Positions 34,801-45,563 of a DNA stretch of 64,000 nt are shown one piece after another. The number at the start of each line of letters is the position of its first letter. Position 1 is the stretch's first letter. The stretch comes from Nemertoderma westbladi (lineage: Eukaryota > Animalia > Xenacoelomorpha), in assembly GCA_032718475.1 (NCBI GenBank), contig JAUCBJ010002762.1, positions 1 to 64,000 on the forward strand, given 5' to 3'. The notes under the pieces were generated by a model, which did no database searches, was not told the origin of the DNA, and saw nothing but the letters and a program-made list of their open reading frames with translations. Made by a program: the position numbers and the translations under genes.

Positions 34801-37800
34801 ATGTTGTTATTGAACCAGCTGAGGTCACAAATACATCTTTTCAGGAACGTTGTTTTTTAAGAACCTGCAAAGTCTGTGATAAAACGCGGCTTATTGACAG
34901 TAAAGCAGCTGCTAAGTTCCATTCGGGTTTCTATGAATATGGAGGGAGAAAAATAACAATTCATTTTGAGTGTAATCTTTTGGTGAATGTGGATTGTTCA
35001 ACTTCTCAAGATGTTGAACTAATCACAGCGTGTGAGCTGGCTAATGACGAGCGTTATATTCTGTATATAAATAACACTGGTTTGGTTGTCAAAGTTAAAG
35101 TATGTGAACGTGTCAATGACATTATTAACTTTGAAGTGAAACAAGTTTGTGCACCTCCAACATCATGTTTGGCAACAACACTTAGCCGCATTGGCAAGAT
35201 TTCTCAGTCACAAATACAATTGGGTAATATTTCATCTAGTGGTCGATTTATTGCTGATAATACAATCCCACCATTAGATGTTGCAAAAATCAATATAAAA
35301 GAACCACATCAGGCCAAGTATTGTATCCAATGGCTTGAAAATCCTTCAAACAGTTCATCAGAAGATTTCACTGCAAACTTGGAAGTAACAAGTTTGATTG
35401 GTCTGAGAAATATGCATGCTGTCTATGATAACTTAAAACTTTTACACTGTATTGCTTGTGGTAGACAGACTCCAGGATTTGATAAGGATTTAAATAGCCT
35501 TGTAGTTCCAGAATTAAAAAATAATGTAACACTTGAAGATACTAATTTACTTGAAATCCTTCAAAAATCGCAAGTCATAAGTGAATATTGTATAACACTT
35601 TCAGATAAGTTCACTAACTCTAATGTTTATGTTTCAAGTGATAGAGAGGTTGACGGGATCTGTACAAACTGTGAGTCATTTTATAATGTAGTAGATAGTA
35701 CTGTATTCCCAAAATATTCAAAACCACCAGAGGCAGATAATACACCACCAAATAGTAATTGTAGTGACAACATGGAGGAGTGGAATACTAATTTAATTGA
35801 TTTAAATCCATATTCATCTGCTAATCTAATGTCTTTAGATGTATTTGGAGATGTGGAATATGAAGCTTTTGTGGATACATTAACAAAGGCTGAACGTATG
35901 GTATTGTCACCAACATTATTATCAGTTCATATTTATCGTAACAAAAAGAACAATATACCATTCACAAAACATGGTTCAATTTGTTACAACTTAAAGCAAC
36001 CATTACAAGCTAAAAATTTGCCATGGTGGGACTTTTCTAGTATGCCATTCGTTGTCATGGTATCAAAAACAGATGGCAAAGTCATTCATGAGGCTACCGT
36101 AAATATGGATAAAATAAAAAGGGCAAAACATTTTATGGAAAGGGATATGGTATGTCCTGCAACAGGTTTCAAAAGGCCATATTACTTATATTGTAAGGAG
36201 AGCACATGTGCTAATAACTGGTGTACATTTTCTAATGCGAATATGGAATTATTGCAATCTCAGTTAGAGAATGGTCATGGTAATCAACAAGGAATGCCAA
36301 TTGGTTTGCGAATAATTGATGATAATCAATTATTGGCAAGGGCTGATAGAGAATTGACTATTCCGGTTTTTAAACATTGGATAACTTCCAGCATGGAATT
36401 GGGTGCAGCTCTATTAGAAAAATATAAGTTGGAAGTTCTCCTTGAAAGTGATTCTCAGGGTAATACACTCAAGTTTGTAGATGATTTATGGAGTTTGATT
36501 AAACAATTCCATAATAGTGATATATTGGACCATGACAATGGTGGTGACGAAGTGACACCAATTACTCTGAGAACCATAGTTAACTTTGCTTTACAGAGAA
36601 ATTACTTTGATCCTAATGCTACATCAATGGGTAACAATGACCAAAATATTAACCTCGGAAATAATGGCCAGGGTCAGTCAACAAAATTTGATTTTTTGGG
36701 AATGGTTTGTGAGGAAGTAGAAATTTTATCCCGTGACTACTCCAATGATGAGGGACAGGGTAATGCCATGGCACATGTAGGTAACATTGAATATGTCAGT
36801 GAACGACCTGACGAGATAATAGCTGAAACTGTCCAAAGTACCATTTTACAAAGGTTAGAGTTTCCAGGTGTTGATAAATCATCTCCCATACCTGAAAATA
36901 CACCAGGATATCTTCCACGAGCCTTTCCATTTGTATTCTTAAGTGGAGATGGGTGTGCATTTCAGGATAGAAGGAGAGATATAAAATTTCCAAAATCTAC
37001 CTGGGAGAAAACTTATGAACATTGGCTTTTTAAGAACCCACGTGCTGCACAATGTGAGGAACTTGCATTTCATTTTTATAACAAAGATAAAAGGGGTAGA
37101 GGCAAACTAAATGCTTCATTGGCTTTTCGTAATTTAGGGAAAGATAATATATTGCCAACTAGAAATGATCTTTTAAATATGCCACTAACTCGTCAAACGG
37201 TTGCAAATGAACTTTTGCAATTTAAAAGTAATATTCCAGACTCTAGAGCTTTCTGGAAAAAGCAGAAAAGTGATGCTCTCGGTTCAAAAAGGTATTTGGA
37301 AGATGTCCAAAGCTGGAGGCCAGACAAAACATATCCAATTCTTCCAACAATATTCCAGACAAGGGCATTCCCATATAATCATGATCCTGCAGCACATCGA
37401 CTTATGCCAGGTATTGCAGAATTTGAAACAAATACTGGGGAAAATGCAAGCAATCAGTACTTTTTTCAACGTTTGAAAAATACATTGATTAATCCCCATA
37501 TAATTTCAGTATTAAGTAGTTTGAAGGCAGAACTAGATACAATGTATTTTTCTCAAATTAGGTATTCTGCTGACTATTATTCATGCCGTGGTGAACATGG
37601 AGCAAATGGCAATCCACACTGGCACAAAATTTTATGGAGTAAGTCTATAAGTAAACTTATACATGAAGGATTATTAGATATAGAACAAATAGCCAAAAAA
37701 ACAACACAAGATCATAATTCGATGGAAATCACTCCAGAGAAAGAAACAATTAGAGCATCAGTTACAGATGCAGTAAATAAAAGTTGGGAGATCTTAAGAG

Positions 37801-40800
37801 AGAAATATATAGCGGCCATGTCTGGAATGTATGTCAACTGGAATGCAGGTTTTACAAAACCTCATCTTGATAATGATGGTATATTACAAGATGGGGAGAG
37901 TACATATGATATTAGCTATGATAGACGAAGTACTGTAGCAGGAATACATATGGCTTCCACAATTGATGAATGTCTAACTACAGGAAATTTTCAAAAATTA
38001 GATCATCCATATGTGACAATTAGTAATGGAACAGGTCGTCACTTATCACATACAGGTAAAAATAATCTTCCATCTAAAAAAGATTTTTGTGCCACATTAA
38101 CAAAACGAATTGATAAGGAAGCAACTAAGCAAGCGCAATCAGAAGCTTCCAAGTCTGGTTCCAATCGAAGAGTGGCCAAAGTTAAAAAGGATGTTTTTAG
38201 GTGCAAGAGGCGAAAACCTCAACCATTATTCTTAGAGCCAGCTATATATAGAGACCCTCATAAAAAAGATATCACCCATTTATCATTCGAAAGTAATGAT
38301 AAATGGTTTAATGGAGCTGATCCATTTGCAGTTATGCATTTTCTGGGAAATTGTGATGACAAAGCAATTGTCCCTTCACAGCTGATAAAACCACCAACAC
38401 TTTGTTGGGACAATAATGATGATGATGCACTTTCCATGCCAAGCGTAAATTTTTATGCAGAAGCTGGTGATGGTTTGGACGAATATCAGCTTAAATATGC
38501 GTTCAAAGGACCACTACCACCTAAAACACCAGCTCAGATTATTTTGGCTGCTACTGAATCTTTAGAACCAGACAATCACATTAGGGAAAGAGATATTCAA
38601 AGGATGTATAACACACTTGCCCTAGAGGGAACTACTTGTATTTTTCAAGCGCATCAGTTTATTGGTGGTTTGCCTTTTATAATAAAAAATATGGACAATA
38701 CTGGCGTTAACGTGTCCGGCACATTTATTCTCCGTAAAGTCAAAGATATAGATGATATTGGAGATGATTATGCAACAAATACACTAAAACGATTTGACAA
38801 AAGGCACTCTCTTGATGAGTCTTCCTTGCCAAGAGGTGTATCTCTGGGAACAATTAAGAGAGAAATGTCACCATATCAATTTTATGATTTATTTTCATGT
38901 AATGAAAAGTTTGACAAGGTAAGCAAACAATTTTCTTTATGTATACATAACCGACAATTGCAATGTAAAGATAGACTTAAAACAATAAGCCTAATGCCAA
39001 CAGTAACATTAGCACAAGCAAATCCGAATGGTAAATTTTATTGGCAATTTTGTCGGTTGGTTGTTATGTACTGCAAAAAGGTTCATAAAATATATGAGGA
39101 TTACAAATTTTTTGGACCAGAACAACAGGCAGAAAAGGAAAAATATTGGGTCACAATGTTTAATGAGACATTTCCAAATGGAAAGGATTTACCAACATAC
39201 CTTTACAAATTTTATAAAAAATATCATCCTAATACATCTGAATGCAGCTCTGATTCAGATTCGACTGGAGCAGAAGGTAATTCTGGCATTGATGACATTG
39301 AAAGAGAACAACAGCCTATTAAAGAACTCAACCATGATCTTGATGATGAGTTTAAAGAAAGAACAACTGCGCATGATGTGGAAGATAATTTTTATCAAAA
39401 TATTACAGACAAAATAAGATCAGATCTTCCAGATCCTCAGGAACTTCAAATAGATCAAGAAACAGATAACTTACAACAATATGCAAATCCAGAAAATGTT
39501 GATTTTATGCAAATGTGGACTAAAGGAAAACACATAGAACAAAGTCAGGTTAAAGCGCGCTTTGAATATATGAAAACTGTTCGGGGCAGCAATGATACTG
39601 TTAAATCATTGTTAGGCAATAAACAGCGTCTTATTCCTAATATTATATCCACATTTGTGAAAGAACAGTTAAATTATCGAATTGGTAATTGTGAAAAACC
39701 TAAACCACTAAGACTTTTTATTTCTGGATACCCAGGAACTGGTAAATCCCATACCATGAAATATACAATTGGGTTATTAACAGATATATTAGGTGAAGAA
39801 TGGCATCAAAATGTTAAATTGGGTGCTCCAACTGGAGCTGCATCTTTTCAAATGGGTAATGGGTCACAGATTATACATAAATTGTTTGCTATTCGAGTTG
39901 GTGAAGTTGGGAAACCTTTAGCTGAGACATCTGACAAACTAGCTGAATTGTGTCTTTCCCTTGGAGAAGAACTAATGCTTATTGTCATAGATGAATTCAC
40001 CATGTTTGGCAGATCTCTTTTCCAAGCAGTTTTTGATAGGTTGAAGGAGGTTAAAGTAGATTTAGAACGTATTGGAATTGTCTTTGTGGGTGATCCTGCC
40101 CAACTTCTACCAATAGGAGATCTACCAATATGGAGTATACATACACATACCAAGGAAGGTAGGGATATTGGTGCTCTTTCAGTCAATGGTATTGATACAT
40201 TTCGCCAATTGTTTAGAATGCCTCCTCTTTCTACAATCCCTGGATACAAAATATGGCAAAAATGTGCAACCAAAAATGCCAGGGTTCCTCGTACAACTGA
40301 TGAATTGGAGGCTATAGCAATGTTCTCTAAACACTATTTATTTGGAGATTATGAAGCAGTATTTCTTGATGAAGTAAAGAGGTCAACTGATGAACCTATT
40401 TCCCATCGCTTTGTTTCAAAAATACTAAGAGAAATGCGATTTGGTAATTATACTCAGGAACATGTTGATTTTTTCAAAAAATATACTGCAAGTGCAATTG
40501 ATGTGAAGAATGATCTTGCCTGGCAAAATGCACATACTGTCCTGGGTTATCATTATGCGCAAGAGAATGCGCCTGACAGAAAAACTGTAGAGTCTGCTAA
40601 TGCAAAAGCACTGTTACATTTCCGTAATAATACTGGCAATCCAATATGTGGCTTTCATTCATTTCACCAGCCAGCAGAGCAATCAAATCTTTTAAGTTCC
40701 TTGAGTGCTAAAGATTTTGGTGGTATGGGTGCGAAATTATATTTAATTCCTGGAATAAGAGTTATGCTTTTACAAAATATAAATTCTGCTCTTGGACTTT

Positions 40801-42968
40801 TTAATGGGGGAATATATGAATATATAGGTCCATTATATTTTGATAACACATATGAACTTAATATTAAAAACAATATACTTAAGAATGCACTCAATGGTCT
40901 GGTGACAACAAAGCCCATTGACCTTCGATCATCACCAATTAAACAACTCCCTGTTAGAAGTAATCTGATATTAATAAATGGAGAAACAGCAACTATTGAA
41001 ATGCTTGCAGATTTACCTGAGGAATTTAAAGCAACCTTTAAATTGCCTCAGAACCCTCCAGCACTCCCAGATTATCAGGTCATAAGAGTAGGCAATTATT
41101 CAAATATGGGTGGTCCAAATATATTAGGACACCCAGAAATGAAAGATTTTGTACCAATTCCAGTCACCTGGCGGCCTCTAAAAACAACAAAAAAGAAAGC
41201 TGTACAAAAAATAAGATATGGACATCCCTTAGAAGGTGCTGATGCTCAGACAGCATTTAAAGGACAGGGTGCATCGCACGGAAAGGATATAGTTTCAGTT
41301 CGTGAGCATGCATATATACCTGGGCTCGTATTAGTATCAAATTCCAGGGTAAGTGCACCATCTGACATGCATATACCAGAAGGTCAGTTTCCTTCATATA
41401 TGAAAGTAAAAATTCAAAGACTCAATCCAAATGTGATTGATGCCCAAATCTTTGAGTGGTCCCTAAGGATAAAAGCAGAAATCACTCTCCGGCAAGAAGC
41501 TGTAGGAAAAGGAGACAGCTATGGGATAACCTGGACTGAAAGGGAAAATAAAATTGCAGATAAAGTAAGTGAACAATGGAAGGAAGGTATATCTGCAACC
41601 GATGTTATTGTCAAACTAATTTTATCTTCACAATTACCACTACATTTTTTGAAGCAAAATGACATCGAAGAGGTTATTTTGAAAATGTCTAATTCAAATG
41701 AGTATCTATTGTCCAAATCACCACCAATACTCTCTAATGCTGAAAGGGATGAAATATATAAATACCAACAATCAATGAAAGCAAAGCCAGCAAAAAATGT
41801 CGCAAAAAGTTCGTCTTTGAAAAAGAAGCATAATACTGTAGTAGAAAGTAAAAAAAATGCAGCTTTGAAAAATAAGAATACTAACCTCCAACCACTTCTA
41901 ACACATAGTAGCAGTAGTGGTAGTAATATTCTCGAAATTCTTGCCTTGAGTAAAAGTGCATGGGAAATCAATCTTCCAAACTCCCCTACTTTATACATTG
42001 ATCAACCATTGTGTACAGTTTTGCAGGTTGTGAATAGTGATTCAGTTAAACTAGTGTACGGGTTGAAAAATTTGGGCAATACTTGTTTCATAAATGCAAG
42101 TATCATATCATTATTTAATTTACATCAAATCCAACAAGCTCTGAAAATAAATGAGATACATTATTGTGAGCCTGAAGCATGCCAATATCCATGTATTTTC
42201 CAAATATTTTGGAAGACACTTAGAGGTTTGTCACAGTTAGATGATGACGTAGATGAAGGTACAATGATTTCGCTAATTGACATGACACAGCAACTGTTAC
42301 CTGATTGGCATTTTAACTATCAATATGATGCTGATGAATGTCTCCGTGCATTCATTGCACATATAATGTGTATGGGTATGCCAATCGGCAATAAAATGAA
42401 AATTATTTCTGGTGTGGAATGTAAAAGAGATGTCTGCCAAAATAACACCAATGCAAGAGATACACTACTTAATAAAGGCACAATCTGCATGAATATTTGT
42501 TTACAGCATTTGCATTTGCCCATCATAGATTTAAAAGATGCAATTACCTACAGTAATACAAACACAGGGGTGATTTATGCTGACGATCATAGATGTGCTT
42601 TATGTGGTAATTTTGTGCATAATTCTTTCAATGAATATTATATACTTCCACATGTAATATATATCCGGGTTGAACGCTATGCAAATGAAAATCAACCATT
42701 AAGATCTACAACAAAACTTATCACACCAACTGAAATCTCTCTTTATGAAGTGAAAACTAAAACATATCGCAAGTTCACTTTAAAATCTGCCATAATTCAC
42801 CTAGGACAAACATCATCAGCAGGTCATTATATTGCGATAGTAAGAGGGAATTCAAATGCTAACTGGATACGTTTTGATGATAAAATAGTGACTAAGTTGT
42901 CATGGGATTCTGCTAAAAAAATTATATGTACCAAATCAAGAGTTATTTTATATGAAATGAATATATAA
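31875..42968 (+). CDS. Giant Helitron-like Rep-helicase transposase (3697 aa) with N-terminal Zn fingers/AT-hook and C-terminal USP (peptidase C19) domain
   Basis: DUF6570-like LTKAERMVLS..KHGSICY, AFPFVFLSGDG; HUH motifs PTIFQT, GNPHWHKILW (37617-37625), EYQLKYAFK; PIF1-type ISGYPGTGKS, IVIDEFTM, GDPAQLLPI, KGQGAS; USP boxes GLKNLGNTCFINA, QYDADE, HLG..AGHYIA, WIRFDD. Confidence 0.93.
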   Translation: MSDNTIFIGKNGIYGIRGKKFPKSSTPSYMPTMARKLPVVESKVAMYQTRVSIPSIIVSDCDDEIVDSGTSSKVNAGTKTAAGTGKPYAAVASKYNRPSNQIFTQSGDLIISRDFIPSMIFERTIFPSNNCQAQEDEDAPIMGCLTGMKDSSFSTSEPSKESLKVSKVKVVSPWEVKDRQEIIYKPMKRYVEIESITTAETMLNVNNNQSDITSGACTGTDFRRPNKNVSVCKPLYVAPLEPTDNALENKVDDLRLSSAHFQSAPRSRRNKKCKFVPLLGDDDDNVGLGDKTPRRFLFEGSKCDHCHKSMLSRARYCNTCVRKELPRRTHMTCTVERRPVQYNDNKSRLQGSVCKAPINNRRESTVPVVGKWKTVPIRSQRDTKGDNVISKRPISVRGTKVKHMCVVDKYIPGMSGLRPTKPVRGTSGMKRDKCTVCRKFVARGMVFCGKCGERRNKTQFVASVGYVQTAENSRPTELLTKCRKCLGIYSGRVGKLYCRPCELVVSMSPPTCVKTGRINRKCINSPNKEIIHQTSVPCRQISQEAKYLVCEMCSKEISISIQYMCNFRRFCSVRCIRRQNCINADVQTTVKSFGSGLENEKYFIDLRKYEQRYKSGYNKIYGSSGDDELGTSITNTGNQVKHFELTKLDLVMGGVGGRGRPRKRKLPSKMTELFDGKHTLETNTNECESSAIPYTISGEGNQNSRKRKPEDPSSSRSNKYKYISLSDIEACIGNNDIIIKGVLTDYECAEADNITSWCYNDSSMCKILYGTSSDKTVSSIYLNNFLTRGFPNNNISTYKWYSWIHFKKVLKNQGLNVETVLNNESLFLDILQRVNSYFLYHKLFRESVSLKPYMGPQSYKDRQNTSKLYYYGRGNLKYYRLKDFNYEVKNRFGVATMNDFQGNFNTTRIDSDTFENMLQKVNRDIEKNIDRHPDLFKLYSGPQCHEDRGNTSRMTYDVSYVQHKVQKSLSNINPANVVIEPAEVTNTSFQERCFLRTCKVCDKTRLIDSKAAAKFHSGFYEYGGRKITIHFECNLLVNVDCSTSQDVELITACELANDERYILYINNTGLVVKVKVCERVNDIINFEVKQVCAPPTSCLATTLSRIGKISQSQIQLGNISSSGRFIADNTIPPLDVAKINIKEPHQAKYCIQWLENPSNSSSEDFTANLEVTSLIGLRNMHAVYDNLKLLHCIACGRQTPGFDKDLNSLVVPELKNNVTLEDTNLLEILQKSQVISEYCITLSDKFTNSNVYVSSDREVDGICTNCESFYNVVDSTVFPKYSKPPEADNTPPNSNCSDNMEEWNTNLIDLNPYSSANLMSLDVFGDVEYEAFVDTLTKAERMVLSPTLLSVHIYRNKKNNIPFTKHGSICYNLKQPLQAKNLPWWDFSSMPFVVMVSKTDGKVIHEATVNMDKIKRAKHFMERDMVCPATGFKRPYYLYCKESTCANNWCTFSNANMELLQSQLENGHGNQQGMPIGLRIIDDNQLLARADRELTIPVFKHWITSSMELGAALLEKYKLEVLLESDSQGNTLKFVDDLWSLIKQFHNSDILDHDNGGDEVTPITLRTIVNFALQRNYFDPNATSMGNNDQNINLGNNGQGQSTKFDFLGMVCEEVEILSRDYSNDEGQGNAMAHVGNIEYVSERPDEIIAETVQSTILQRLEFPGVDKSSPIPENTPGYLPRAFPFVFLSGDGCAFQDRRRDIKFPKSTWEKTYEHWLFKNPRAAQCEELAFHFYNKDKRGRGKLNASLAFRNLGKDNILPTRNDLLNMPLTRQTVANELLQFKSNIPDSRAFWKKQKSDALGSKRYLEDVQSWRPDKTYPILPTIFQTRAFPYNHDPAAHRLMPGIAEFETNTGENASNQYFFQRLKNTLINPHIISVLSSLKAELDTMYFSQIRYSADYYSCRGEHGANGNPHWHKILWSKSISKLIHEGLLDIEQIAKKTTQDHNSMEITPEKETIRASVTDAVNKSWEILREKYIAAMSGMYVNWNAGFTKPHLDNDGILQDGESTYDISYDRRSTVAGIHMASTIDECLTTGNFQKLDHPYVTISNGTGRHLSHTGKNNLPSKKDFCATLTKRIDKEATKQAQSEASKSGSNRRVAKVKKDVFRCKRRKPQPLFLEPAIYRDPHKKDITHLSFESNDKWFNGADPFAVMHFLGNCDDKAIVPSQLIKPPTLCWDNNDDDALSMPSVNFYAEAGDGLDEYQLKYAFKGPLPPKTPAQIILAATESLEPDNHIRERDIQRMYNTLALEGTTCIFQAHQFIGGLPFIIKNMDNTGVNVSGTFILRKVKDIDDIGDDYATNTLKRFDKRHSLDESSLPRGVSLGTIKREMSPYQFYDLFSCNEKFDKVSKQFSLCIHNRQLQCKDRLKTISLMPTVTLAQANPNGKFYWQFCRLVVMYCKKVHKIYEDYKFFGPEQQAEKEKYWVTMFNETFPNGKDLPTYLYKFYKKYHPNTSECSSDSDSTGAEGNSGIDDIEREQQPIKELNHDLDDEFKERTTAHDVEDNFYQNITDKIRSDLPDPQELQIDQETDNLQQYANPENVDFMQMWTKGKHIEQSQVKARFEYMKTVRGSNDTVKSLLGNKQRLIPNIISTFVKEQLNYRIGNCEKPKPLRLFISGYPGTGKSHTMKYTIGLLTDILGEEWHQNVKLGAPTGAASFQMGNGSQIIHKLFAIRVGEVGKPLAETSDKLAELCLSLGEELMLIVIDEFTMFGRSLFQAVFDRLKEVKVDLERIGIVFVGDPAQLLPIGDLPIWSIHTHTKEGRDIGALSVNGIDTFRQLFRMPPLSTIPGYKIWQKCATKNARVPRTTDELEAIAMFSKHYLFGDYEAVFLDEVKRSTDEPISHRFVSKILREMRFGNYTQEHVDFFKKYTASAIDVKNDLAWQNAHTVLGYHYAQENAPDRKTVESANAKALLHFRNNTGNPICGFHSFHQPAEQSNLLSSLSAKDFGGMGAKLYLIPGIRVMLLQNINSALGLFNGGIYEYIGPLYFDNTYELNIKNNILKNALNGLVTTKPIDLRSSPIKQLPVRSNLILINGETATIEMLADLPEEFKATFKLPQNPPALPDYQVIRVGNYSNMGGPNILGHPEMKDFVPIPVTWRPLKTTKKKAVQKIRYGHPLEGADAQTAFKGQGASHGKDIVSVREHAYIPGLVLVSNSRVSAPSDMHIPEGQFPSYMKVKIQRLNPNVIDAQIFEWSLRIKAEITLRQEAVGKGDSYGITWTERENKIADKVSEQWKEGISATDVIVKLILSSQLPLHFLKQNDIEEVILKMSNSNEYLLSKSPPILSNAERDEIYKYQQSMKAKPAKNVAKSSSLKKKHNTVVESKKNAALKNKNTNLQPLLTHSSSSGSNILEILALSKSAWEINLPNSPTLYIDQPLCTVLQVVNSDSVKLVYGLKNLGNTCFINASIISLFNLHQIQQALKINEIHYCEPEACQYPCIFQIFWKTLRGLSQLDDDVDEGTMISLIDMTQQLLPDWHFNYQYDADECLRAFIAHIMCMGMPIGNKMKIISGVECKRDVCQNNTNARDTLLNKGTICMNICLQHLHLPIIDLKDAITYSNTNTGVIYADDHRCALCGNFVHNSFNEYYILPHVIYIRVERYANENQPLRSTTKLITPTEISLYEVKTKTYRKFTLKSAIIHLGQTSSAGHYIAIVRGNSNANWIRFDDKIVTKLSWDSAKKIICTKSRVILYEMNI

Positions 42969-43648
42969 ATCTAGATTTTTCCATTTTTTTATATGTGTTA
43001 TCAGAATATTATGGATTTACCATTATCACAAATATGATATATACATGTTTTTTTTTAAGTTTTCAATTAAAAAGTATTTTCTGGCAGGGATTTTGTTATA
43101 AAAGTCTTTTGTCTGAGTTCGCATGACCTAGTAGTTAGTATTTTTAGTAGTATAGCAGACTACTATATATATACTAGTATAGCAGTATCCTTGAGTTTGT
43201 TACGCTCAGGATTAAGTACCGGTAGTAGGATTAATTATAAAACATAATTTGAATATGAAAGAAGATGAGATACGATAATGGGACTATTAATGAGAGCTAA
43301 TGTGGTTCATTCATATTTGATGATGAAATATATATATAAATACATAAAAATATCAATGTTTTGATAACCAACAAAGAAGTTATCGACTACCTAATGTCCA
43401 CCATGTGTTCCCCCTGGATTCATACCTCATCCAGATTCGACATATGTAACCTTCTATCATTTCTGCGACCGACTCATTGTGAAATGTATTGCGCATATTT
43501 CGATTATTTTAAGCGTATTTCTAGTATTTTTGAGCATGTTTCAATTACAAAAATGACAAATGTTTAATTGTCCAATCCGGATCGAGTTACTAAGCCTAGG
43601 CATTACCAGCCTAAGGAACTGGGGTTGACAACTACAATGTCGACGCTT

Positions 43649-44030
43649 GGTCAGTGACCGTTACAACGTCGGTCACTTGGTCAACGACCCCTACACCGTT
43701 GGTCGCTCAGTCAGTGACCCCTCCAACGTTGGTTGCTCGGTCAGTGACCCCTACAACCTCAGTTGCTCGGTCAACAACCCCTACAACGTCGGTCTCTCGG
43801 TCAGTAACCGCTACAACGTCAGTCACTTGGTCAACGACCCCTACACCGTTGGTCGCTCGGTCAGTGACCCCTACAACGTCGGACACTCGGTTAGCGACCC
43901 CTACAATGTCAGTCGCTCGGTCAACAACCCCTACAACGTTTGTCGCTCGGTAAGTTACCCCTACAACGTCGGTCACTCAGTCAGTGACCCCTACAACGTC
44001 GGTTGCTCGGTCAGTGACCCCTACAACGTC
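43649..44030. repeat. 30-bp minisatellite, ~13 copies
   Basis: Unit ~ggtcagtgacccctacaacgtcggtcgctc. Confidence 0.9.
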
Positions 44031-44259
44031 ATTACAACATGCTTCCAACAGAAGCATAAATTGATTAAGAAAGGAATATAGATGATTTTGTTATAAAAGA
44101 CTTTTGTCTGAGCACTCACGACATATTAGTAGTAATTTTAGTAGTATAGCAGACTTCATCCTTGAGTTTGTTACGCTCAGGATGAAGTTGTAGGATTAAT
44201 TCCCAACCCCCCACCCCCCCCCCCCCCCTTCTTGACCCTTGCCTCCTTGAAAAATAAAG

Positions 44260-45563
44260 ATGAAGATTGAGAAACGAAGAACGAAGACTGAAGAATGAGG
44301 ACTGAAGAACGAAGACTGAAGAACGAAGACTGAAGAACGAGGACTGAACAACGGAGACTGAAGAACGAAGAATGAAGAACGAAGACTGAAGAACGAAGAC
44401 GGAAGGATTAAGACTGACGAACGAAGACTTAAGAATGAGGACTGAAGAACGAAGACTGAACAACGAAGACTGACGAACGAAGACTTAAGAATGAGGACTG
44501 AAGAACGAAGACTGAAGAACGAAGACTGAAGAACGAAGACTGAAGAACGAAGACGGAAGGATGAAGACTGACGAACGAAAACTTAAGAATGAGGACTGAC
44601 GAACGAAGACTTAAGAATGAGGACTGAAGAACGAAGACTGAAGAACGAAGACTGAAGAACGAAGACTGAAGAACGAAGACGGAAGGATGAAGACTGACGA
44701 ACGAAGACTTAAGAATGAAGACTGAAGAACGAAGACTGAAGAACGAAGACTGAACAACGAAGACTGACGAACGAAGACTTAAGAATGAGGACTGACGAAC
44801 GAAGACTTAAGAATGAGGACTGAAGAACGAAGACTGAAGAACGAAGACTGAAGAACGAAGACTGAAGAACGAAGACGGAAGGATGAAGACTGACGAACGA
44901 AAACTTAAGAATGAGGACTGACGAACGAAGACTTAAGAATGAGGACTGAAGAACGAAGACTGAAGAACGAAGACTGAAGAACGAAGACTGAAGAACGAAG
45001 ACGGAAGGATGAAGACTGACGAACGAAGACTTAAGAATGAAGACTGAAGAACGAAGACTGAAGAACGAAGACGGAAGGATGAAGACTGACGAACGAAGAC
45101 TTAAGAATGAGGACTGAAGAACGAAGACTGAAGAACGAAGACTGAAGAACGAAGACTGAAGAACGAAGACGGAAGGATGAAGACTGACGAACGAAAACTT
45201 AAGAATGAGGACTGAAGAACGAAGACTGAACAACGAAGACTGAAGAATGAGGACTGAAGAACGAAGAGTGAACAACGAAGACTGAAGAATGAGGACTGAA
45301 GAACGAAGACTGAAGAATGAGGACTGAAGAACGAAGACTGAAGAATGAGGACTGAAGAACGAAGACTGAAGAACTTGAGACTGAAGAACGAAGACTGAAG
45401 AATGAGGACTGAAGAACGAAGACTGAAGAACGGAGACTGAAGAACGAAGACTGAAGAATGAGGACTGAAGAACGAAGACTGAAGAATGGAGACTGAAGAA
45501 TGAGGACTGAAGAACGAAGACTGAAGAACGGAGACTGAAGAACGAAGACTGAAGAACAAAGAC
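44260..45563. repeat. Purine-rich 7-bp-based satellite (GAAGACT/GAAGAAC)n
   Basis: Direct reading; higher-order variants GAGGACT, GACGAAC and GGAAGGAT. Confidence 0.95.

Noticed and set aside
32763-42526. Short ORFs overlapping the 3697-aa gene
   Set aside because: Alternative-frame or antisense shadows without motifs.
42060-42968. Separate host USP gene
   Set aside because: Intronless and continuous in frame with the Rep-helicase; no independent start evident.
43649-44030. 30-bp repeats as a CRISPR array or as coding ORFs
   Set aside because: Units are contiguous with no unique spacers, there are no cas genes, and the ORFs are by-products of the repeat period.
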